This document shows, piece after piece, positions 20,705-31,663 of a stretch of DNA of 64,000 bases; within the stretch, counting starts at the first letter, position 1, and each line of letters opens with the position of its first letter. The stretch covers positions 512,001 to 576,000 of the forward strand of contig CBDDCX010000007.1 of assembly GCA_965226375.1 (NCBI GenBank), written 5' to 3'. The position numbers and the translations under genes were made by a program. The DNA comes from Longimicrobiales bacterium. Lineage in GTDB: Bacteria; Gemmatimonadota; Gemmatimonadetes; Longimicrobiales; Gaopeijiaceae. Below the pieces are notes generated by a model, which did not search any database, was not told the origin of the DNA, and saw nothing but the letters and a program-made list of their open reading frames with translations.

Positions 20705-21904
20705 ATGCCGTTCGACTCCGTCGAAGCCGCCCTGGAGGACATCCGACAGGGTAAGATCATCATCGTCGCAGACGACGAAGACCGTGAGAACGAGGGAGAC
20801 CTGGTTTGCGCCGCGTCCCTGATTTCACCTCAGTCGGTGAATTTCATGACACGATTCGGACGTGGACTGATCTGTGTAGCGCTCACTCCGCCGCGGGCGG
20901 AGGAGCTGGGTCTGCCCATGATGACGGATGACAACACGGACCCCCAAGGGACCGCGTTCACCATCTCCGTAGATGCCCACCAACGCTTCGGTGTCACCAC
21001 CGGAATCAGCGCTCACGATCGGGCGAAGACGATCCAGGTACTGGTCGATCCAGACTCGCGTCCGGGAGATCTGCGACGTCCGGGCCACATCTTCCCCCTC
21101 AGGGCCCGCCCCGGAGGAGTGCTGCGCCGGGTCGGCCAGACCGAAGCCTCAGTCGATTTGGCCAGGTTGGCCGGTCTGCCGCCGGTCGGTGTCATCTGCG
21201 AGATCCTCAATCCCGATGGGACTATGGCCCGCCGACCCGAACTTGAGGCGTTCGCGGAGGAACACGGCCTCAAGTTCGTCACCGTGGCGCAGCTCGTGGC
21301 CTATCGATTGGCCAAGGAGCGCCTCGTCACCAGGCTCGCCGAGGCGGAGTTACCCACCGCATACGGTGACTTTCGCATCATCGCCTACGAGAACCCCCTC
21401 GACGATCGAGAGCACGTCGCGCTGGTAATGGGCGATATCGAAGGACAAGAGAACGTCCTGGTGCGTATGCACTCCGAGTGCCTCACGGGCGACGTGTTCG
21501 CATCGGCCCGCTGCGACTGTGGCCAACAGTTGGCGGCCGCCATGCGACAGATCGCCGAGGCCGGCCGGGGTGCCATCGTCTACCTGAAGCAGGAGGGGCG
21601 GGGGATCGGGCTCCACAACAAGATCCGCGCGTACGAGCTCCAGGATCAGGGTCACGACACCGTGGAGGCGAACCGAGCCCTGGGCTTCAAGCCGGACCTG
21701 AGGGACTACGGGATCGGCGCACAGATTCTCCTGGACCTGGGCCTGAACAAGATCCGGCTACTGACGAACAATCCGCGCAAGATCGTTGGTCTCGAGGGGT
21801 ACAGCTTGGAGATCACGGGCCGGGAGCCGCTCAACGTGGATCCAGGCGAACACAACGAGAAGTATCTGGATACGAAGCGGGCAAAGATGGGACATTTGCT
21901 CTAG
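20705..21904 (+). CDS. ribBA: Bifunctional DHBP synthase / GTP cyclohydrolase II
   Basis: [49 protein letters not shown]. Confidence 0.96.
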   Translation: MPFDSVEAALEDIRQGKIIIVADDEDRENEGDLVCAASLISPQSVNFMTRFGRGLICVALTPPRAEELGLPMMTDDNTDPQGTAFTISVDAHQRFGVTTGISAHDRAKTIQVLVDPDSRPGDLRRPGHIFPLRARPGGVLRRVGQTEASVDLARLAGLPPVGVICEILNPDGTMARRPELEAFAEEHGLKFVTVAQLVAYRLAKERLVTRLAEAELPTAYGDFRIIAYENPLDDREHVALVMGDIEGQENVLVRMHSECLTGDVFASARCDCGQQLAAAMRQIAEAGRGAIVYLKQEGRGIGLHNKIRAYELQDQGHDTVEANRALGFKPDLRDYGIGAQILLDLGLNKIRLLTNNPRKIVGLEGYSLEITGREPLNVDPGEHNEKYLDTKRAKMGHLL

Positions 21905-21906
21905 GA

Positions 21907-22392
21907 ATGCGGAGCCCCGAGTCCGGGAGTCACCTTCCCGATCCTATGGGTGCGGCAGGTCGGCGCATCGCCATTATCGCCGCCCGTTTCAACGGTGACG
22001 TGACCGCGGAGTTGGTCGAGGGGTGCCGGGCCGGCCTGGTGGAGTTCGGTGTCGGCGACGACGACTTGGACGTGTATTGGGTACCCGGTGCGTGGGAGCT
22101 CCCCCAGACTGCCCGAAGGGTAGCGTCACAGGGCCGGCATGATGCCATCATCGCGCTCGGATGTGTCATCCGGGGCGAAACGGCCCATTTCGACTATGTG
22201 GCCGGTGAGGCCAACGATGGGCTAGGTGCCTTGGCGCGCACCCTCGACGTTCCGCTCCTCTTCGGCGTGCTCACCACGGAAACACATGAACAGGCTTGGA
22301 CTCGTGCGTCGAGAGAGCAGGACAACAAAGGCCGTGAGGTCGCCCTGAGTGCTCTCCACATGGTGGCTCTCTACTCGGAATTGGGGCAGTAG
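21907..22392 (+). CDS. ribH: 6,7-dimethyl-8-ribityllumazine synthase
   Basis: ARFN, VPGAWELP, LGCVIRGETAHFDYV, FGVLTT, NKGRE. Confidence 0.95.
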   Translation: MRSPESGSHLPDPMGAAGRRIAIIAARFNGDVTAELVEGCRAGLVEFGVGDDDLDVYWVPGAWELPQTARRVASQGRHDAIIALGCVIRGETAHFDYVAGEANDGLGALARTLDVPLLFGVLTTETHEQAWTRASREQDNKGREVALSALHMVALYSELGQ

Positions 22393-22838
22393 TGGCCGGG
22401 GCCATCAGCCACGACGCCCCCAGGCGGATCGACAGAACCCGTGCCCGCGCCTGGGCGCTTCAGATCCACTACCGCTGGGACGTGGCCGACCAGAGCGGTA
22501 CCCTGGCCGAAGCCCTGGAAGAAGCCCTCACCAGCCGCCGGATCGCTCCGGCGCGTATAGCGTACATTCGGCGGTTGCTGACGACCCTGGACGATAAAGG
22601 CGCCGAAATCGATGCCATACTCGAAGAGGCATTGGACAACTGGCGTATGGACCGGCTCTCGATTCTCGATCGAGCCGTTCTCCGGATCGCCGCCGTAGAG
22701 ATCACCCACTTCGACGACGTGCCACCCAAAGTGTCGATACAGGAGGCGGTGCGCCTGGCGGAGAGGTACAGCGGTGTCGACTCGCCGAGATTCGTCAACG
22801 GCGTGCTCGACGCACTCTACAGGCGAACAGCCGACTGA
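22392..22838 (+). CDS. nusB: Transcription antitermination factor NusB
   Basis: NWRMDRLSILDRAVLR, EAVRLAERY, FVNGVLD; follows ribH. Confidence 0.93.
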   Translation: MAGAISHDAPRRIDRTRARAWALQIHYRWDVADQSGTLAEALEEALTSRRIAPARIAYIRRLLTTLDDKGAEIDAILEEALDNWRMDRLSILDRAVLRIAAVEITHFDDVPPKVSIQEAVRLAERYSGVDSPRFVNGVLDALYRRTAD

Positions 22839-22854
22839 TTCGGAGCTCGGGTTC

Positions 22855-23967
22855 GTGAACATCCTCGTTCTCAACTGGCTCGATCCGGACAATCCGCAGG
22901 CGGGTGGGGCCGAGGTCCACCTGTTCGAGATCTTCCGACGACTGGTAGAGTGGGGCCACTCGGTCACGCTGCTCTGCTCGGGTTGGCCGGGAGCTTCTCC
23001 TACGACCGACATCGCGGGCATCGAGATCCATCGAACCGGGGGTCGTCACACACTTTCCTTCGCCGCACCGAGATACTACCGCCGCCACCTATGTGATCGT
23101 GTTTTCGACGTAGTGGTGGAGGATCTCAACAAGGTGCCCTTTTTCTCTCCCAGGTGGGTCGATGCCCCCGTCGTTCTGTTGGTGCACCACCTCTTCGGAG
23201 CCACGGCCTTTCGTGAGGCCTCGTTCCCGGTCGCCGCGGCGACCTGCCTGCTCGAAATGCCTATCGCCCGGATCTTCCGCGACGTGCCGACCGCGGCGGT
23301 CTCGCCGAGCACCGCCGAGGATCTGACGAGTCGTGGGTTGCAACGCAATCTCATCGAGATCATCCCGAACGGTGTGGACCTCGGGGCTCTGACGCCGGGC
23401 CGGCAGGAGGAGCGTTTCGAGGAGCCGACGCTCCTGTACCTAGGACGCCTGAAGCGGTATAAGCGTGTCGATCTGATCATGCAGGCTGTGGCGACGCTGG
23501 CCGAGCGATCCGTGCCGTGCCGGCTGCTCGTGGCCGGTCAAGGAGACCATCGCGCTCGCCTCGAAGCGTTGCGCGCCACCCTTGGCCTGGAGGATCGGGT
23601 CGAGTTCCTCGGATTCGTTTCTTCCGAAAAAAAGCTCGAGCTGCTGAGGAGGAGCTGGACTCACGTGCTGACCTCGCCCAAAGAGGGGTGGGGCATAGCT
23701 AACCTGGAGGCCGCGGCTTGCGGAACGCCCACCGTGGCCAGCGACTCGCCGGGACTGCGCGACTCGGTCGTCGACGCTCGCACCGGGTATCTGGTTCCTC
23801 ACGGTGATGTGAGCCGGCTGGCGGATCGTATCGCGGAGCTGCTGAGCAGTCAGGACCTCAGGTCTCGGATGGGCAGGGGAGGCAGGGAGTTTGCGGAGCG
23901 ATTCAGCTGGGATGCGTCTGCCCGCACCATGGAGCAATTCCTCAGGGAGCGGGTAGCTGAGGGATGA
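22855..23967 (+). CDS. Glycosyltransferase family 4
   Basis: AGGAEVH, YLGRLKRYKRVD, EGWGIANLEAAACGTP. Confidence 0.9.
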   Translation: MNILVLNWLDPDNPQAGGAEVHLFEIFRRLVEWGHSVTLLCSGWPGASPTTDIAGIEIHRTGGRHTLSFAAPRYYRRHLCDRVFDVVVEDLNKVPFFSPRWVDAPVVLLVHHLFGATAFREASFPVAAATCLLEMPIARIFRDVPTAAVSPSTAEDLTSRGLQRNLIEIIPNGVDLGALTPGRQEERFEEPTLLYLGRLKRYKRVDLIMQAVATLAERSVPCRLLVAGQGDHRARLEALRATLGLEDRVEFLGFVSSEKKLELLRRSWTHVLTSPKEGWGIANLEAAACGTPTVASDSPGLRDSVVDARTGYLVPHGDVSRLADRIAELLSSQDLRSRMGRGGREFAERFSWDASARTMEQFLRERVAEG

Positions 23968-24043
23968 GGCCCCGGGTACCTTATTCGGGCTTGAATGCCT
24001 GCGGTCGACTCGACCTCAGGGTGGTGCACTTTGCGGAGGTGGC

Positions 24044-24370
24044 ATGGAAATTCGAATCACGTCACGTCACACGGATTTGTCCGACGCGCTGCGCGAGCGC
24101 ACGGAAGAAGTATTGAACAAGCTCACCAAATATGAACCTCGTGTATCCGCGGCCGAGGTTGTTTTCGATGAAGCAAAGCACTCGAAGACCGTCGAGGGCA
24201 TCATACACGTCGATCGAGGTGACCCCGTGGTCGCGTCGGGAGAGGCAGACGAGTTTCGTCCGGCTCTCCACCAGATGATCGAGCGACTGACCAAGCAGCT
24301 TCGGCGGAGGCACCAGCGGCACGTCGATCATCAGGCTCCGAAGCTCTCAGAGGCTCACGTCGAGGAGTAG
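24044..24370 (+). CDS. hpf: Ribosome hibernation factor (HPF/RaiA)
   Basis: MEIRITSRHTDLSDALR; directly upstream of hprK. Confidence 0.85.
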   Translation: MEIRITSRHTDLSDALRERTEEVLNKLTKYEPRVSAAEVVFDEAKHSKTVEGIIHVDRGDPVVASGEADEFRPALHQMIERLTKQLRRRHQRHVDHQAPKLSEAHVEE

Positions 24371-24377
24371 GCTGGAT

Positions 24378-25370
24378 TTGACCAAGGATTCAATCGACCT
24401 CACGGAGACGACAGCCAGCCTCACCGTTGAGAGGCTCTTCGAGGATAGACAGGAATCCCTGCATCTCGAGGTATTGAACTCCGGGATCTCCCTTGATCGT
24501 GCGGTGACGGATTCGGACGTGTCGAGTCCCGGAATCGCCCTCTCCGGGTACACTCAGCGCTTCGCCGAAGGTCGCATGCAGGTCTTCGGCGAGACCGAAA
24601 TTTCCTACCTCGAGTCCCTCAATGACGACGAGTTGCGGGAGCGGGTCGGAGGCGTCTTTCGATTCGACATTCCGGCCGCCTTCGTGACCAAGGGCCTATC
24701 CTTCTCCCAGGTGTTCCTCGACCTGGCGACGGAACACGGAATTCCGATTTTCCGCTCGAAGCTGAGCACGAAGGAATTCTATTGGCGAATCAAGCCGTAC
24801 CTCGATTCCGTGCTTGCTCCCAGAACGCATCTCCACGGTTCGCTGGCCGACGTGTATGGCGTGGGACTTCTCTTCATCGGCAGCAGCGGCGTGGGCAAGA
24901 GCGAATGCGTGCTCGATCTGGTGGAGCGCGGACACCGACTGGTGGCGGACGACCTCATTATCGTGCAGCGGCGTGGGCCCGACGTACTCCTGGGTGAAGG
25001 CCACGAAATGCAGGGCCATCACATGGAGATCCGCGGACTGGGCATCATCGACATCAAGGCCCTCTTCGGAATCCGGGCGACCCGTCAGCAGAAACGGATC
25101 GAGGTCGTGGTCCAACTCGAGATGTGGGACGAACAGTCCGTGTATACCCGCACGGGGCTCGAGGAGGAGGAGATGGAAATTCTGGGAGTCAATCTGCCCA
25201 AGGTCACCATTCCGCTGAACCCGGGGAAGAACATCACTGTCATCTCCGAGGTGGTGGCCATGAACCATCTCCTCAAGTATCTGGGAGTGGATTCGGCTGC
25301 CGCTTTCAATGTCCGGCTGCAGGACGCGATGCGTCCGGTCCGGGAGTACCTCGAGCAGGACTATGAGTGA
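24378..25370 (+). CDS. hprK: HPr kinase/phosphorylase
   Basis: HGSLADVYGVG, GSSGVGKSE, LVADD, HMEIRGLGII, PGKN. Confidence 0.96.
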   Translation: MTKDSIDLTETTASLTVERLFEDRQESLHLEVLNSGISLDRAVTDSDVSSPGIALSGYTQRFAEGRMQVFGETEISYLESLNDDELRERVGGVFRFDIPAAFVTKGLSFSQVFLDLATEHGIPIFRSKLSTKEFYWRIKPYLDSVLAPRTHLHGSLADVYGVGLLFIGSSGVGKSECVLDLVERGHRLVADDLIIVQRRGPDVLLGEGHEMQGHHMEIRGLGIIDIKALFGIRATRQQKRIEVVVQLEMWDEQSVYTRTGLEEEEMEILGVNLPKVTIPLNPGKNITVISEVVAMNHLLKYLGVDSAAAFNVRLQDAMRPVREYLEQDYE

Positions 25371-25758
25371 AGCCCCCCAGGTCCGCGGTGTGCTGCTGAG
25401 CCACGGAACGATGGCCGAAGGTATGGTCGACGCGGTCAACAAGATCGCTGGCCTGGATGAAGGCGCTTTGCTGGCCTTGAGTAACGAAGGGTGCAACCCG
25501 CAGGGTCTTGCCGAGCAGGTCGACGACCTGGTGGGCGATGCGCCGACCGTCGTATTCACCGACCTCTGTACCGGCAGCTGTGCGCTGACTGCCCAACTGA
25601 CCTGCCGAGACAACGGACGGCGTGCTGTGGTTTTCGGCATGAACTTGCCGATGCTCCTCGACTTCGTATTCCATCGGGATCTACCCCTCGACGAGTTGGT
25701 CCCCCGCCTCCTCGAAAAGGGCAAGGAAAGCGTCAAGAGCGTGCCGGCGCATTCGTAA
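25363..25758 (+). CDS. PTS mannose-family EIIA
   Basis: LLSHG phospho-His motif, FTDL, GMNLPMLL. Confidence 0.88.
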   Translation: MSEAPQVRGVLLSHGTMAEGMVDAVNKIAGLDEGALLALSNEGCNPQGLAEQVDDLVGDAPTVVFTDLCTGSCALTAQLTCRDNGRRAVVFGMNLPMLLDFVFHRDLPLDELVPRLLEKGKESVKSVPAHS

Positions 25759-25759
25759 A

Positions 25760-26239
25760 ATGTCCGTCGTTCTCTTTCGCATCGACGAGCGTCTCATCCA
25801 CGGCCAAGTGGTCATGGGGTGGGGCCCCGAGTTGCGGCCGGAGCACTACGTGGTGGCGGACGATGAGCTCTCCGCAAGTGAGTGGGAGCAGGACTTGTAT
25901 CGCCTGGGTCTCCCCGAGACGGCAACTGCAGAGTTTCTTACCGTGGTCGACGCCCGGGCGCGTCTCGAAGCCCTCGAATCCGATCCCAGGATAACGATTG
26001 TCCTGACCCGTTCGGTCTCGGCGATGGAGGGTCTGGCGGCCGGCGGGGCGCTGCGGGGCAAGGAAGTGAACGTAGGCGGGGTCCACCACGCACCGGGGCG
26101 TACCGAGCGGTTGCCTTACGTCTTTCTCGATGCCGAGGATGAGGCGAGTCTCAAGTCTCTGGAGGATCTGGGGGTGGCGGTGTCTGCGCGCGACCTGCCG
26201 AGCAGTCGAGCCGTCGGCTTGGCATCCTTGCTGAGGTGA
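25760..26239 (+). CDS. PTS mannose/sorbose-family EIIB
   Basis: RIDERLIHGQVV, VNVGG. Confidence 0.92.
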   Translation: MSVVLFRIDERLIHGQVVMGWGPELRPEHYVVADDELSASEWEQDLYRLGLPETATAEFLTVVDARARLEALESDPRITIVLTRSVSAMEGLAAGGALRGKEVNVGGVHHAPGRTERLPYVFLDAEDEASLKSLEDLGVAVSARDLPSSRAVGLASLLR

Positions 26240-26243
26240 CATC

Positions 26244-26900
26244 TTGACGCTCATGCTTTCGGCTCTCGGGGGCCTGCTTGCCCTCGACGCGACCTCGCTG
26301 GGTCAGTTCATGATATCCCGTTCCCTCGTGGCGGGAGTGCTCACCGGCTGGCTGCTCGGAGACCCACTCGTGGGTCTGGAGATCGGAGCGATCCTCGAGC
26401 TCTTTCATGTCGCCGGCTTGCCCGCGGGAGGGTCGCGGGTGCCTGAGTCCGGCCCGGCGTCCGTTGCGGCCGTTGTGGCTGCTGTGGCGACGGGGGGGGC
26501 TCCCGGCCTGGCTGTTGGAACCGTGGTGGGCCTGGTCACGTCGGACCTGGGTGGACTGACGGTCGGCGTGCAACGGCACGTGAGCGCGGTCTTGATCGGC
26601 CGAGTCGAAGCCGGTTCCGCGACGCCGGCCTACCTCGATGCTACTCACCTGGCTTTGATGGCCCTGGACTTCGTTCGGGGAGTCGCGGTCACCGGCGCCG
26701 CCATCTGGGCAGGGAGTTGGCTCGTCGGTGCTTTCGGTTCCGGGTGGACCCTCGGGTACGGACCCACCATGGGGATCGTCTTGCTGGGAGCGTCCTTCCA
26801 TCTCGGGGCGCTCCTGAGGGGCTTCGGTGGATGGCGATCCCGACGGATCCTGTTCATGGTCGGGGCGGTGGCGGGCATGATCGGGACTTACCTGACGTGA
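26244..26900 (+). CDS. PTS mannose-family EIIC
   Basis: Hydrophobic; GQFMISRSLVAG, GLEIGAILEL, PAGG. Confidence 0.85.
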   Translation: MTLMLSALGGLLALDATSLGQFMISRSLVAGVLTGWLLGDPLVGLEIGAILELFHVAGLPAGGSRVPESGPASVAAVVAAVATGGAPGLAVGTVVGLVTSDLGGLTVGVQRHVSAVLIGRVEAGSATPAYLDATHLALMALDFVRGVAVTGAAIWAGSWLVGAFGSGWTLGYGPTMGIVLLGASFHLGALLRGFGGWRSRRILFMVGAVAGMIGTYLT

Positions 26901-27646
26901 GCTCGAAGGTGGAGTGGCCGGCCGGCTGGATAGGTAGCCTCATGAGGTCCTTCGCGATCCAGGGCTCGTGGAACTATCGGTCGATGATCGGTTCAGGTTT
27001 TGCCTTCGCGCTCGTGCCGTTCCTGCGCCGCAGTGGACTCACGGGAGAGGACTTGGCGGTGGTGACCCGCCGACATCTGAAGTCGTTCAACGCCCACCCG
27101 TATCTATCGGGGATCGCTCTGGGGGCGGTAGCTCGCATGGAGTCCGAACAGGTGGATCCTCTGACCATCCATCGGTTCAAGGAGGCCATCCAGGGGTCAC
27201 TCGGAGGATTGGGTGATACCTTGATCTGGGGCGCGTGGCGCCCGGCGACGCTCTTGATGGCTTTGGCGGTCGCATGGACGGGCGCCCCGCCGTGGGTTCC
27301 GGTGCTTCTTTTTCTGGGACTCTACAATGCGGGCCATCTCGCGATCCGCTGGTGGGGGTTCAGGATAGGACTCGAGGGGGGGCGGGAGGTTGCGGCCCGG
27401 CTGAAGGTAGCTGGCCTGTCCTCGATTGCGGAGCGGATCTTCGCGGCAGCTGCATTGCTCTTGGGGATTCTTGTGGGTGTTCTTTTGGCGGGCCGCCTGT
27501 CGATGGCGGGAACGACATGGCTCTGGCCGCTCGGAGGGATGACGGGCTTCGTCGTCGGGCTCCGGTTCGGTCCCAGAGTACTTCGTTTCGCGACGCTCGC
27601 CTTGGTGTTGGTAATCGCGGTGGTCACGGCCATGGGAGCTATATGA
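26897..27646 (+). CDS. PTS mannose-family EIID
   Basis: IQGSWNY..M...GF, FNAHPY, LGGLGDTLIWG. Confidence 0.88.
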   Translation: MSSKVEWPAGWIGSLMRSFAIQGSWNYRSMIGSGFAFALVPFLRRSGLTGEDLAVVTRRHLKSFNAHPYLSGIALGAVARMESEQVDPLTIHRFKEAIQGSLGGLGDTLIWGAWRPATLLMALAVAWTGAPPWVPVLLFLGLYNAGHLAIRWWGFRIGLEGGREVAARLKVAGLSSIAERIFAAAALLLGILVGVLLAGRLSMAGTTWLWPLGGMTGFVVGLRFGPRVLRFATLALVLVIAVVTAMGAI

Positions 27647-27939
27647 CCGAGGAGCGTATCGAACGCGTAGTCGAGGTCGTGAACCTCTTGGGGTTCCATG
27701 CACGACCGGCGGCTGAATTCGTACGCCTGGCCGGGTCGTTCGGTTGCGAGATCTGGTTGGAGAAGGAAGGCCTCGAGGTGAACGCCAAGAGCATCATGGG
27801 CGTGCTCATGTTGGCCGCCGAGAGAGGTTCTAAGCTCGTGGTTCGAGCACAGGGTGACGACGCGGAAGAGGCGGTTCGCGTCCTGGTGGACTTGGTCGCC
27901 GGAGGCTTTGAGGAGATGCACGGTGTCGAAGGTCTTTGA
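27643..27939 (+). CDS. ptsH: Phosphocarrier protein HPr
   Basis: GFHARPAA (His15) and NAKSIMGVLML (Ser46). Confidence 0.95.
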   Translation: MTEERIERVVEVVNLLGFHARPAAEFVRLAGSFGCEIWLEKEGLEVNAKSIMGVLMLAAERGSKLVVRAQGDDAEEAVRVLVDLVAGGFEEMHGVEGL

Positions 27940-29701
27940 CGGCGTAGGTGCCTCGGAAGGCATCGGGGCAGGTCGCGTCCACATGCTGACGTGGGGGGTG
28001 CCGGACGTCCCCCACCGGTCGGTGGAGCCCGATGCCGTCGAGGGTGAGGTCGAGAAGCTCCATGCGGTGGTCGATTGGGCCAAGGATAGGCTCCGTGAGC
28101 TCGAGCAGTCCACCGAAAGTCGTTTGGGAAGTGTGGAGGCGAGGATCTTCGAGCCGCAGCTCCTCATGCTCGAAGACGCCACTCTCATCGAGGGGGCCGC
28201 TCTCTACATTCGTGAGAACCGGCTCTCGGCGGCGCGAGCGCTCGAGTGGCGAATGCTCGAGTTCCAGGCGCTTTGGAGCCGGACGGCTCATCCCATGGTC
28301 CTGGACCGCATCAACGACCTCCAGGACCTGCAGGTGCGGCTGTTGCATCAGCTTTTGGGCCTGCCGGATCCTACCGACGTGTCGGGCCTCCCGGACGGCG
28401 CCATCATCGTCACCCCGAATCTGTCCCCGAGCCTGACGGTGCAGATGGACCCCGGGGTCGTACGGGGGATCGCTGCCGATCAGGGCACGAGGACGGCGCA
28501 CTGGGTCATGCTCGCCCGATCGTTGGGAATTCCGACCGTGTGCAGACTGGGCGTCGTGTCCGGGCAGGCGAGAGCCGGACAGGAGGCCATCGTAGACGGA
28601 CGCATCGGGCGCGTCGTCTTGGATCCGGACCCCAAGGACCGAGAAATTTTCAAAGTACGCGAGACGCAGATTCGGGCGTGGGAGCGTGAAATCGAGGTCA
28701 TCGCCAAACTCGAGTCGGTGACGGCGGACGGCCAGCCGATCGCGTTACGAGCCAACCTCGACTTGCCCGCCGAAGCCGAGAAAGCTCGAAGCCATGGTGC
28801 CATGGGCGTCGGCCTGTTCCGGACCGAATTTCTGGTGGTGGGCCGGAACCAGATGCCCGACGAGGACGATCAGTACGAGGCCTATCGAAAGGTCGCGGAA
28901 GCGTTTCCCAAGCAGGTGGTGACCGTCCGGACCTTCGATCTGGGCGGAGACAAGTTCCCGATGTTCTTGCACATGCCGGCCGAGGACAACCCGTTCCTGG
29001 GGTGGCGTGCCATTCGTGTGTGTCTCGATGAACCGGAGCTCTTCCGGACTCAACTCAGGGCCATCTTGCGTGCCTCGGCCCACGGCGACATCCGGATCAT
29101 GATTCCCCTCGTGAATGACGTAGAGGAGATTCGACAGGTGCGTGAGATGGTCGAAGAGGAGGAGAATCTTCTACGTTCGCAGGGCATTCCCTTCAACTCG
29201 GGTTACAAGCTGGGAATTCTGGTGGAGACGCCGGCCGCGGCGCTGGAAGCCGTCGAGTTGGCCAGGCACTGCGATTTTTTCTCCATCGGGACCAACGATC
29301 TTACCCAGTACACGCTCGCGGTGGACCGCACCAGTGCACGGTTGGCCAAGCTCTTCAACCCCTTCCACCCGGCCGTTGTCCGGCAGTTGGCCCAGGTCTC
29401 CCGCGTGGGGAAGGGTGCGGGCATCGAGGTGAGTGTGTGTGGTGAGATGGCCGCCAATCCTCTGGGGGCGTTTCTCCTTCTGGGGTTGGATATCACGGCG
29501 CTGTCCGTGGCCTGGCCGTCGCTGCCCGAGGTCAAGAAAATGATTCGTAGCTTTCACATCGACGATGCGCGTAAGGCAGCGAAGGAGGCGGTGAACGCCC
29601 CGACCAGCAAGGAAGTGGTGCAGAGTCTCGTAGACGGGATCGGCGGATCGGTCGATCTGGCGGCGTTTTCAGGCCGGTGGAACTTGTCGCTCCCCGAATG
29701 A
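27923..29701 (+). CDS. ptsI: PTS enzyme I
   Basis: GTRTAH phospho-His, GVGLFRTEF, RTFDLGGDK, NPFLGWRAIR, SIGTNDLTQY, VCGEMA. Confidence 0.95.
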   Translation: MSKVFDGVGASEGIGAGRVHMLTWGVPDVPHRSVEPDAVEGEVEKLHAVVDWAKDRLRELEQSTESRLGSVEARIFEPQLLMLEDATLIEGAALYIRENRLSAARALEWRMLEFQALWSRTAHPMVLDRINDLQDLQVRLLHQLLGLPDPTDVSGLPDGAIIVTPNLSPSLTVQMDPGVVRGIAADQGTRTAHWVMLARSLGIPTVCRLGVVSGQARAGQEAIVDGRIGRVVLDPDPKDREIFKVRETQIRAWEREIEVIAKLESVTADGQPIALRANLDLPAEAEKARSHGAMGVGLFRTEFLVVGRNQMPDEDDQYEAYRKVAEAFPKQVVTVRTFDLGGDKFPMFLHMPAEDNPFLGWRAIRVCLDEPELFRTQLRAILRASAHGDIRIMIPLVNDVEEIRQVREMVEEEENLLRSQGIPFNSGYKLGILVETPAAALEAVELARHCDFFSIGTNDLTQYTLAVDRTSARLAKLFNPFHPAVVRQLAQVSRVGKGAGIEVSVCGEMAANPLGAFLLLGLDITALSVAWPSLPEVKKMIRSFHIDDARKAAKEAVNAPTSKEVVQSLVDGIGGSVDLAAFSGRWNLSLPE

Positions 29702-29768
29702 CGAAATAGGTTCGGCGGGCCGTGGGCCAGGTCGTTCCAGCGTTTGAAACAAGAACCCAGAGGCACCT

Positions 29769-30947
29769 GTGAGTCGTCATCTCTTCACGTCCGAGTCCGT
29801 AACCGAGGGGCATCCGGATAAACTTGCGGACCAAATATCCGACGCGGTACTCGACGCCATGCTTCGCGACGATCCCCAATCGCGGGTGGCGTGCGAGACG
29901 CTCGTCACGACCGGGATGGCCATTGTCGCGGGTGAGATCACGACCGAGTCCAAGGCCAGCCTTCCCGAGGTAGTGCGGAAGACGATCCTGGATGTCGGAT
30001 ATGATGACGCCAGCTATGGCATCGATGGACAGTACTGCGCGGTTCTCACCACCATCGACAAGCAGTCTGCGCACATTGCGATGGGTGTGGACACCGGTGG
30101 GGCCGGGGATCAGGGAATGATGTTCGGGTATGCCACGGACGAGACCCCTGAACTCATGCCGGCACCGATCCACTATGCCCACGCCCTGACGCAACGACTG
30201 GCTGAGGTGCGGCATAACGGCACCCTACCTTGGGTTCGCCCTGACGGGAAATCACAGGTGAGCGTGGCCTACGAAGAGGGGCGCCCGGTGTCGATCGCCA
30301 CCATCGTAGTGAGTACGCAGCACGCGCCTGATGTGGATAACGAGACGATCCGTGAGGGCATCATCCGCGAAGTGATTTTGCCCGTAATGCCGTCCGATCT
30401 TCTGGACCCTGAGGCGTGCACCTTCCACATCAACCCCACAGGCAAGTTCGTCATCGGTGGTCCGCACGGTGATGCCGGCCTCACCGGACGTAAGATCATC
30501 GTCGATACGTATGGTGGAATGGGGGCGCACGGTGGTGGTGCCTTCAGCGGGAAGGACTCCACCAAGGTCGACCGCTCTGCGGCCTATGCGGCTCGTTGGG
30601 CGGCCCGGAATCTGGTGGACGCGAAGGTCGCGTCGCGCTGTGAGATCCAGCTGGCCTACGCCATTGGCGTGGCCCAGCCCGTTTCCATCCGGGTCGATAC
30701 GTTCGGGACCGGCGTGTGTCCCGACGAGCAGGTGGCGTCGGCCCTCGAAAGTGTCTTCGACTTTCGGCCACAGGCCATCATCGAGCAGCTGGAACTACGT
30801 GCTCCCATCTTTCTTCCGACGGCGGCATACGGACACTTCGGTCGTACGCCGGAGAGCAGGACGCTCGAGGATGGGCGCTCCGTAGATCTCTTCACTTGGG
30901 AACGATCGGACCGCGTCGACGATCTCCGGACGGCCCTCGGCCTCTGA
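29769..30947 (+). CDS. metK: S-adenosylmethionine synthase
   Basis: [42 protein letters not shown]. Confidence 0.97.
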   Translation: MSRHLFTSESVTEGHPDKLADQISDAVLDAMLRDDPQSRVACETLVTTGMAIVAGEITTESKASLPEVVRKTILDVGYDDASYGIDGQYCAVLTTIDKQSAHIAMGVDTGGAGDQGMMFGYATDETPELMPAPIHYAHALTQRLAEVRHNGTLPWVRPDGKSQVSVAYEEGRPVSIATIVVSTQHAPDVDNETIREGIIREVILPVMPSDLLDPEACTFHINPTGKFVIGGPHGDAGLTGRKIIVDTYGGMGAHGGGAFSGKDSTKVDRSAAYAARWAARNLVDAKVASRCEIQLAYAIGVAQPVSIRVDTFGTGVCPDEQVASALESVFDFRPQAIIEQLELRAPIFLPTAAYGHFGRTPESRTLEDGRSVDLFTWERSDRVDDLRTALGL

Positions 30948-31089
30948 GGGGTCCGCGGCGACGCGACCGCACGGTCTTGGATCGTCGTGCCGGATCCGTC
31001 TGAAGACCCCCCGGAGGAGAACCCCCGCGGACCTTCGGAGTATTCCTACAATCGAGTGGAGGGATTTTTCGAATCCTCGGCCAAGGCGA

Positions 31090-31626
31090 TTGCCGGTGCT
31101 GGTTCGGGTCCGCGTACAAAGTCTCCGGTTGGATCAGGCGAACAACCACCCGGTCGTGATCCTTCAGGAGAGCGACGGTGAACGGGTGCTCCCCATCTGG
31201 ATCGGGCCGGGTGAGGCGAGTGCCATCGCCATGGAGCTCGCCCAAATGAAGTTTCCCCGGCCGCTGACGCACGACCTTCTGGCGTCCGTTCTCGGTGGTC
31301 TTGGCGGCGCCCTCCAGAAGGTCATCATCAGCCGGGTCGAGGAGAACACCTATTTCGCAGAGATGATCATCCGCCGCAACGGCGAGGTTATTTCGATTGA
31401 CGCTCGACCATCCGACTCCATTGCGGTGGCCCTTCGCACCCAGGCCGAGATCTTTGCGCACGAGGAGCTGTTGGAGATGATGTCCGTCGAAGGTTCCGCG
31501 GATTCATCCGACATAGAAGTCGATGGGGAACCGTGGTTGGAGACCGACCCGAAATTGGCGGCGGAGGAGCTCAAGGAATATCTGCGGAAGCTTGCTCCAG
31601 AGGATTTCGGACGTTTCACCCCCTGA
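31090..31626 (+). CDS. Bifunctional nuclease family protein (DUF151)
   Basis: LPIWIGPGEA, RPLTHDL, IDARPSDSIAVALR. Confidence 0.92.
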   Translation: MPVLVRVRVQSLRLDQANNHPVVILQESDGERVLPIWIGPGEASAIAMELAQMKFPRPLTHDLLASVLGGLGGALQKVIISRVEENTYFAEMIIRRNGEVISIDARPSDSIAVALRTQAEIFAHEELLEMMSVEGSADSSDIEVDGEPWLETDPKLAAEELKEYLRKLAPEDFGRFTP

Positions 31627-31663
31627 CAATCCGTCATCCCCGAGGCACCATCCGGAGCCGTAG

